From a virus: DNA of 64,000 nt. Location: the IMG/VR virus record IMGVR_UViG_3300027763_000027, positions 1 through 64,000 of that record; one strand, given 5' to 3'. The position numbers and the translations under genes were made by a program. Of the stretch, positions 58,516-64,000 are shown piece after piece (the first letter of the stretch is position 1; every line of letters starts with the position of its first letter). The notes under the pieces were generated by a model. The model made no database searches and was not told the DNA's origin. It worked only from the letters and a program-made list of their open reading frames with translations.

Positions 58516-58782
58516 TTATTCGTCTAAGTAATCTTTAATGTCTTCTATTAGTTTTTGTCTTTTATTGCGTTCTAAAACTGTTATTAAGGTAGCTATTGAT
58601 ATTGGAAAAGCAAACCTAAGAAAGAATTGAAGGTGGTCTTCTCTACTTAATAAATCAAAATAATTAATATAAAGGTCACTTAGCCCCCAAAACGTAAAAA
58701 GCATCGCTGGCACAAATGAGATAAAAAAGAACTTATCATAAGTTTTTAAATTAGTCCACCAATTCTTAATTTTAATTACCAT
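58516..58782 (-). CDS. Two-TM membrane protein
   Basis: Two hydrophobic segments; GTGTAA at 58792-58797, 9 nt upstream. Confidence 0.65.
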   Translation of the reverse strand: MVIKIKNWWTNLKTYDKFFFISFVPAMLFTFWGLSDLYINYFDLLSREDHLQFFLRFAFPISIATLITVLERNKRQKLIEDIKDYLDE

Positions 58783-58801
58783 ACATAAAGCTTACACCAG
58801 A

Positions 58802-59698
58802 TTAAATTGGCGTGGCTTCTCTAGGATTTGGATTTGAAGTTACTGGTGGTACAAGATTAGGGTTCATTAAAGGATTAAACTGTTGTGAGTTAGATACTGC
58901 TCCTGCTCCACTACCTACTGGTGCAGGACTAGTTGATACTTCAGAACCAGCAGCAGTATCAATATCAGGAATATCACCTCCATCAACTTTACCTAAAGCA
59001 GTTGCGCTATCAATTCTACCAGATACTACATCATTTATTTCACTAGCAAAAGATATGCCTTGGGCTTTTGCAGTTTCTTGTGCGCTAGTAACACCTTTAA
59101 TTAAAGCTTCATTAGCAAGTGGTGGCAATCCTTTTTCATTAAATAAAGGTGATGAAGATGTTAAGTCTTTTACATCAACACTCTTTGGACTTGAAGATGT
59201 CATTCCATTTGGTGTTGCAGAAATTCCTTCGCCAGATTGTAATGTCATTGATTTACCATTTTTATCTGTTACAATAACCCCTTTGGTTGTTTCAGCGACT
59301 GCAATATGCGTGGCATCATCTTTTACATCAAGCATTACAGTGCTACCGCTAATCGCAGCTGTAACGCTTCCTGTTGTTACAGTTATCGTCTCTGTTTCTG
59401 GATCTTTTGAAACAAGAAATGTCCCTTTATCGCATTTAACTAATCTCTCTTGTTTAACAAATGAAAATAAAGCATTTGCACCGATACGCGTTATTGATTT
59501 ATCATCTAATGATAATTCGCACATGCTCTGCTCGCCAGTGCCAACTTGAGTATCTGATTCTATTTTATCATTTAAAACTGCTGTTATTTTATTTGTATTT
59601 TGAACTGTATATACATTATTTTTTAAATATGATACAAATGATGCAGAAGCACTATGAGTTAATAATGCTAAGATAGGTAGATAAATTAATATTCTCAT
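58802..59698 (-). CDS. Secreted FecR-domain protein with low-complexity C-terminus
   Basis: Signal peptide; QVGTGEQSMCELSLDDKSITRIGANA...TAAISGS FecR pattern. Confidence 0.75.
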   Translation of the reverse strand: MRILIYLPILALLTHSASASFVSYLKNNVYTVQNTNKITAVLNDKIESDTQVGTGEQSMCELSLDDKSITRIGANALFSFVKQERLVKCDKGTFLVSKDPETETITVTTGSVTAAISGSTVMLDVKDDATHIAVAETTKGVIVTDKNGKSMTLQSGEGISATPNGMTSSSPKSVDVKDLTSSSPLFNEKGLPPLANEALIKGVTSAQETAKAQGISFASEINDVVSGRIDSATALGKVDGGDIPDIDTAAGSEVSTSPAPVGSGAGAVSNSQQFNPLMNPNLVPPVTSNPNPREATPI

Positions 59699-59735
59699 AA
59701 TCTATTAGACAGGTGAAGTTAGGATTCATTAGATT

Positions 59736-59954
59736 TCATTTTATTATAAAAATTGAATAATTTCCATGTCCCAAGCATTGATAATAATATTCATAATAAT
59801 CCTGTCCATTTTTATATACTCCAAAAATATCGTCTTGAAAATGTTCTTTTAATGATACTGTTTGATGTTCTCCAATTTGTTTAGTTATCCAATTAGATAC
59901 TTCTGTTACATCTCCTTGAAATACTACTATTTTCCCATGACTTGCGTGTTGCAT
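59736..59954 (-). CDS. Hypothetical protein
   Basis: 72 aa, GGAG SD, overlaps the upstream gene. Confidence 0.6.
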   Translation of the reverse strand: MQHASHGKIVVFQGDVTEVSNWITKQIGEHQTVSLKEHFQDDIFGVYKNGQDYYEYYYQCLGHGNYSIFIIK

Positions 59955-60193
59955 TTCTCTACTCCAGCTGCAGTTTGAATATCTAAATTATTTTTATTTT
60001 GTTTTGCTACAATTGATCCTATCATAGTTAATATTAAAATGCAAGCAAAAGCTAGTCCATAATATGTTTTTTCTTGAGCTTTCTTTTTAGTTCTATATTG
60101 ATGAAAATTACTTATAAAGTCTTCTGTGTCCCTTTTGGATGGGAGACTCTTTTCGTAATTACTTAATAATAAGTTTCTCATGTTGTTGTCCAT
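59927..60193 (-). CDS. Single-TM membrane protein (anti-sigma-like topology)
   Basis: Cytoplasmic N-terminus, TM segment YGLAFACILILTMIGSIV, short C-tail containing DIQTAAG. Confidence 0.6.
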   Translation of the reverse strand: MDNNMRNLLLSNYEKSLPSKRDTEDFISNFHQYRTKKKAQEKTYYGLAFACILILTMIGSIVAKQNKNNLDIQTAAGVEKCNTQVMGK

Positions 60194-60202
60194 TGTTTTA
60201 TT

Positions 60203-60871
60203 CTATCTAACTTTTGTATCAGATTCTAATATTACACTACCGTCTGTTCTTAATAAATTCCTAAATTGACCATGTGGATTTTTTACTGTTTCATTTAATG
60301 ATGCAGAAGAATGATTTGTAAAAGCTTTTGTAAAATCAACTAAAAAATAATCATTTGTATCTACTCCAATTAATTTTTCTGAATTTTGTATACCATATGC
60401 TCCTCCAGCCCCACCAAAGCAAGACCCTCTTTTCCATATTATCGAATGCTTCTCGTCATGCGCTGGACAAGTAAATACTGGATTACCTTTTCTTTTCTTA
60501 CCACCTATAGATCGAACAGTTATATAATTTGTAATATAATATTCAAGATTAGATTTATCAACGACATTTGCAGTATCGCCTCCATATCTAGAATCTCGAA
60601 TAAAAGTATTTATTGTTTGACCATCTGGGCCAGGAGGAAGCCAACCATCATTATCATTAGCAAATAAATTAATTGCCATACCTACTTGTTTCATATTTGA
60701 TGCACAAACAGCTTGAGATGATTTACGTTTAACGGCTGAATACGCAGGAAATATCAAACTCGCTAATAATCCAATTATACCAATTACAACTAACATTTCA
60801 ACTAATGTAAAACCAAAACGTGAGAGTTTTAATAATCTTAAATGCTCTAAGAATGAGTTTTGTGTTGGCAT
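60203..60871 (-). CDS. Prepilin-type N-terminal cleavage/methylation protein with H-X9-DG C-terminal motif
   Basis: GFTLVEMLVVIGIIGLLASL...CASNMKQVG; HGQFRNLLRTDG. Confidence 0.9.
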   Translation of the reverse strand: MPTQNSFLEHLRLLKLSRFGFTLVEMLVVIGIIGLLASLIFPAYSAVKRKSSQAVCASNMKQVGMAINLFANDNDGWLPPGPDGQTINTFIRDSRYGGDTANVVDKSNLEYYITNYITVRSIGGKKRKGNPVFTCPAHDEKHSIIWKRGSCFGGAGGAYGIQNSEKLIGVDTNDYFLVDFTKAFTNHSSASLNETVKNPHGQFRNLLRTDGSVILESDTKVR

Positions 60872-63342
60872 TTTTTTCTCCTTATAGCTTTGATTGTAAT
60901 CAAGCTAGCAATACCAAACATCATGAGTGAACTTGTAGAAGGTTCAGGTATAACACCAATTGTGCCATCTGTAGTAAAGTTACTAACATTCCACTTAAGA
61001 TCTGTGCTAGGAGTGTTCAAATTAGGAAGAGCAGCTTCTAATACTGCTACATCAAATGTACTCATATCAGCTGAACCCCAATCAAATAAATCATATGTGT
61101 TTCCATCTTCATATGTATAATTGTCTAGCGTTTCGAATGTGAATGCTGTATTAGTTCCTAATGTTAACAAGCTAGTTACATTAATTGCATCGTAGGTAGC
61201 ACCTCTGGTAGTTGGTGCAGCTAATTGGAATTGGAATGTTCCGTTACTTCCATTTAACTCATAAGCAGTTAGCAGACCAGGACTATTGCCAGGGGCCACA
61301 GTACCACCATTTAGAGTTAAACCCTGCACACTACCAGAGCCACCTAATGTACCTCCTGTATTTACCAAAATATCTCCTGCACTTCCATTTACTGATAGCA
61401 AGCTTCCATTGATAGTAGTACTACCAATAACGCCACCAGTATTAACTGTTGCTGTGCCAGAATTAAGTATAACAGTTCCAGCTGTTCCTTCTACTAATAA
61501 AGTACCACCACCAACAGTACTAGTACCTAAGAGACTACCGCCTGATTTTACATTGAGTGTACCACCAGTATTTACTGTTGATATACCAGTTCTTCCATAT
61601 ACATCCAATGTGCTGCCATTAACAGTTGTGATACCAGAATTGCCACCAGAATTTACTGTGGCTGTACCAGAATTAACAACAGTCTGTGCGACTGATCCTG
61701 ATACCAACAAAGTACCACCATTTACAGTAGCTTTAGAAGATGTACCACCTGTCTTTACATCAAAAGTACTGCCTGTGGCAATGGTTGTTTCGCCTATTGT
61801 ACCGCTATTGAGCAAGCTTCCTCCTGTGAGGGTAGAGTTGCCAAGAAACGCTCCATTATACACTGTAGCAGTTCCTGCAGACATGGAGAATGTACTACCA
61901 GTCCCTCTCAAGTCCAAGGTGCCACCGCCTTGTGTTATTGTACCAGTTGTACCATCTACTGATACCGTAGTGGTGACACCGATAGAGAAATTACCAATAG
62001 TCCCAGTGCTATCAACTATTAAGTTTCCTGCGTTAGCAGTTATACTACCAGCTGAACCTTTAACTCTTAAGGTACCACCTGATATTATAGCAGCACTAGA
62101 AGCAATAGAACCAGCAGTATCAACTATAAATGTACCATCTTGTATAGTAGTATCACCATTGTAAGAATTGACTGCTTGAAAAATTGCTGTTCCAGTTCCT
62201 GACTTAGTTAAGCCTCTAATAGCTCCTCCAGTATTGAGTAGAGAACCTTTAAATATAAAGTCACCTACACCACCTACAACACTTGTATCTGCAACTGTTC
62301 CTCCAATGTCCAATGAACCATCAAACTGCACAGTTAAATTAGTACTGTTGTTAAAAAGTCTTCTGCCACCACTAGAACCTGAAGATACAGTGAGCGTATT
62401 GGCACTATTAGTAAACTGCAGTAATGTCTTGTATCCTCCATGATTGGTAAAGTTCATATTATTACCTTGATATTGATTCATAACATAAGTAGTAACAGCA
62501 GCAGAATTAGATCCTGCTAGATCCAATGTTCCCATAGTAGATAAACTAGTAGAACCTTTCAAACTATTAGAAGCAGATAAACCGTTAGCCGTATTAACTA
62601 TAAGCTTGGGCATATTAGTTGTACCACTTGCTCCTCCAAGTGTTATTGCACCAGTACCCATTCCAGTAGCACCATTAACAATCACAGTGCCACCTCCTGT
62701 CATATCAAATCCTCCACCCAGTGTATTGTTACCATTGAATGTGACGCTACCGTTACCTGTGTATATAACTTTACCAGCAGTTGATAGAGGTCCTTGTCTG
62801 AGTTCATTGTTGAATGTGAATGAACCATCTCCTGCAAGAGTAAGAGTTCTAGATGTACTTGAAGAAGCGGTCGTAAGTGAAGCTATATTATTAAACACCA
62901 ATCCACCACCTGCTGTTTGAAACCAAGTATTGCTGGCGTTAGCATTTTCTACTAATATATTAAATGTCTGAATAGCAGTAGAATTATTACTAATGCCTCT
63001 GCTAACAGATAGAGTTTGCGTACCATTGAAGCTATTAATGTTGTATGCATTTGCATTTGTTAAAAACGTCATGCTCTGTGCAGCTCTAGTAGAAGTAAGT
63101 ATGACTGTATTGTTGCTTACTCCATAATTACCAAACTGAATTTCATCTGTGGTAGTACTAGAACTAGTTGATGAAGGTTGTATTCCATTTGTCCAGCTAG
63201 TTGGTGATGTCCAATTTGTTCCAGTATTATTCCACAAGAATACTACTGCTTGAGATTCTTGGACAGCTCCAGACATTAAAAAAGCCGCAATTAATTTTGC
63301 GGCTGTGCTTTTTAGTAACCTTTTTAGTAGGTTTATTTTCAT
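60847..63342 (-). CDS. PEP-CTERM surface protein with autotransporter-associated beta-strand repeats
   Basis: Signal peptide; GLTKSGTGT...NSYNGDTTIQDGT; GGTVAPGNSPG; VIPEPST + TM + RRKK. Confidence 0.9.
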   Translation of the reverse strand: MKINLLKRLLKSTAAKLIAAFLMSGAVQESQAVVFLWNNTGTNWTSPTSWTNGIQPSSTSSSTTTDEIQFGNYGVSNNTVILTSTRAAQSMTFLTNANAYNINSFNGTQTLSVSRGISNNSTAIQTFNILVENANASNTWFQTAGGGLVFNNIASLTTASSSTSRTLTLAGDGSFTFNNELRQGPLSTAGKVIYTGNGSVTFNGNNTLGGGFDMTGGGTVIVNGATGMGTGAITLGGASGTTNMPKLIVNTANGLSASNSLKGSTSLSTMGTLDLAGSNSAAVTTYVMNQYQGNNMNFTNHGGYKTLLQFTNSANTLTVSSGSSGGRRLFNNSTNLTVQFDGSLDIGGTVADTSVVGGVGDFIFKGSLLNTGGAIRGLTKSGTGTAIFQAVNSYNGDTTIQDGTFIVDTAGSIASSAAIISGGTLRVKGSAGSITANAGNLIVDSTGTIGNFSIGVTTTVSVDGTTGTITQGGGTLDLRGTGSTFSMSAGTATVYNGAFLGNSTLTGGSLLNSGTIGETTIATGSTFDVKTGGTSSKATVNGGTLLVSGSVAQTVVNSGTATVNSGGNSGITTVNGSTLDVYGRTGISTVNTGGTLNVKSGGSLLGTSTVGGGTLLVEGTAGTVILNSGTATVNTGGVIGSTTINGSLLSVNGSAGDILVNTGGTLGGSGSVQGLTLNGGTVAPGNSPGLLTAYELNGSNGTFQFQLAAPTTRGATYDAINVTSLLTLGTNTAFTFETLDNYTYEDGNTYDLFDWGSADMSTFDVAVLEAALPNLNTPSTDLKWNVSNFTTDGTIGVIPEPSTSSLMMFGIASLITIKAIRRKKCQHKTHS

Positions 63343-63351
63343 GATATTAGT

Positions 63352-63882
63352 TTACTCCTTCTTGTTTTCATCTAAATGTATAGACACCTCTTTATAGATT
63401 TTGTTCATTTTATTTTTCTTTGTTTTTTGAACGTATGTCCAATCATTTAGCATGAAATCCTCTACTACTATTATAGGATAATATTGATTAATATACAATC
63501 TTATTTTTTCTCTATATTCTTTTTTCTTTCCTATTTTGCATATTGGTGATGTGCCCCAATTAGGGTCATACATCCATAAATTGTTATTATATTCAAAAAT
63601 GCAAATTGCATGACCAAGCATATTTTGTACATCGTCTTTATAGTAAAATGTAAAACCATAAACACTATTCCAAACTTCTCCAGATGTTTCTAAAAGAAGA
63701 TTGCATCTAGAAGCATATATCATTGAGTCAACAAAACAAGAATTAGGAAGATTTGTTATTGAATAATGTTTTTTTAATTCAAAACCAATTTTTAACCAAA
63801 AGATCCAAGATATGACAATTGCTAACCCAACTAATACTGTTTTCGATTTCCAGTTCCAAAGTTTATTTAATATTTTTTTCAC
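63352..63882 (-). CDS. Membrane-anchored transglutaminase-like (Cys-His-Asp) protein
   Basis: N-terminal TM; NSCFVDS...GHAICIF...WMYDPN. Confidence 0.55.
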   Translation of the reverse strand: MKKILNKLWNWKSKTVLVGLAIVISWIFWLKIGFELKKHYSITNLPNSCFVDSMIYASRCNLLLETSGEVWNSVYGFTFYYKDDVQNMLGHAICIFEYNNNLWMYDPNWGTSPICKIGKKKEYREKIRLYINQYYPIIVVEDFMLNDWTYVQKTKKNKMNKIYKEVSIHLDENKKE

Positions 63883-64000
63883 CTTCAGCTTGTTTGGCTT
63901 CAGTTTCTTGTCCTTTTTTGAACATTACATAGTTATGAATTGTAATCATATAATCTTCAGCAAGAGCAGCCATTTGTTGTAAAAATGGTTCTGTAAGATT
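63863..64000 (-). CDS. 3' end of a hypothetical protein, truncated by the window edge
   Basis: Open frame NLTEPFLQQMAALAEDYMITIHNYVMFKKGQETEAKQAEGEKNIK-stop. Confidence 0.55.
   Translation of the reverse strand, partial: NLTEPFLQQMAALAEDYMITIHNYVMFKKGQETEAKQAEGEKNIK

Noticed and set aside
58812-62920. Long + strand ORFs (58812..59549, 61286..62164, 62606..62920)
   Set aside because: Antisense shadows of Gly/Thr-rich - strand genes that have clear domain signatures.
1-64000. Stop-codon reassignment
   Set aside because: Genes are full length and densely packed under code 11, with TAA, TGA and TAG all used as stops.
1-64000. Eukaryotic giant virus or bacterial chromosome origin
   Set aside because: Tape measure and tail genes, DnaE, sigma70 promoters and the lack of housekeeping operons indicate a bacteriophage despite the eukaryote-like enzymes.

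Overview
This AT-rich window is part of a large tailed dsDNA phage genome (standard genetic code). No capsid, terminase, rRNA, tRNA or CRISPR array is visible. The + strand 1-29175 carries a virion module: a giant Pro/Thr-repeat structural protein open past the left edge, a pesticin-type lysozyme, neck genes, a tail tube, chaperones, a 2028-aa tape measure and tail-tip proteins. The - strand 29168-64000 carries replication genes (split DnaE, primase, DnaB, RecA, ThyX, exonucleases), most of the roughly 10 glycosyltransferase genes with nucleotide-sugar enzymes, and a host-like envelope cassette (PEP-CTERM protein, H-X9-DG pseudopilin, FecR) that points to a PVC-superphylum host, probably Verrucomicrobia. 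The best candidate for an undescribed system is a phage-encoded, eukaryote-like protein O-glycosylation pathway. A prolyl 4-hydroxylase lies next to a three-domain glycosyltransferase (HPAT/SRGT-like + O-fucosyltransferase-like + Skp1-Hyp GlcNAc-transferase-like). Plausible substrates are (T-x-A-P)n repeats and strongly enriched [S/T]-G dipeptides in virion proteins. Supporting signals are a GTGTAA motif shared with structural genes, a shared C-terminal LPKIRxFK tag on two glycosyltransferases, and an A9 frameshift in a sugar epimerase. All family calls come from motif recognition by eye, not database searches.
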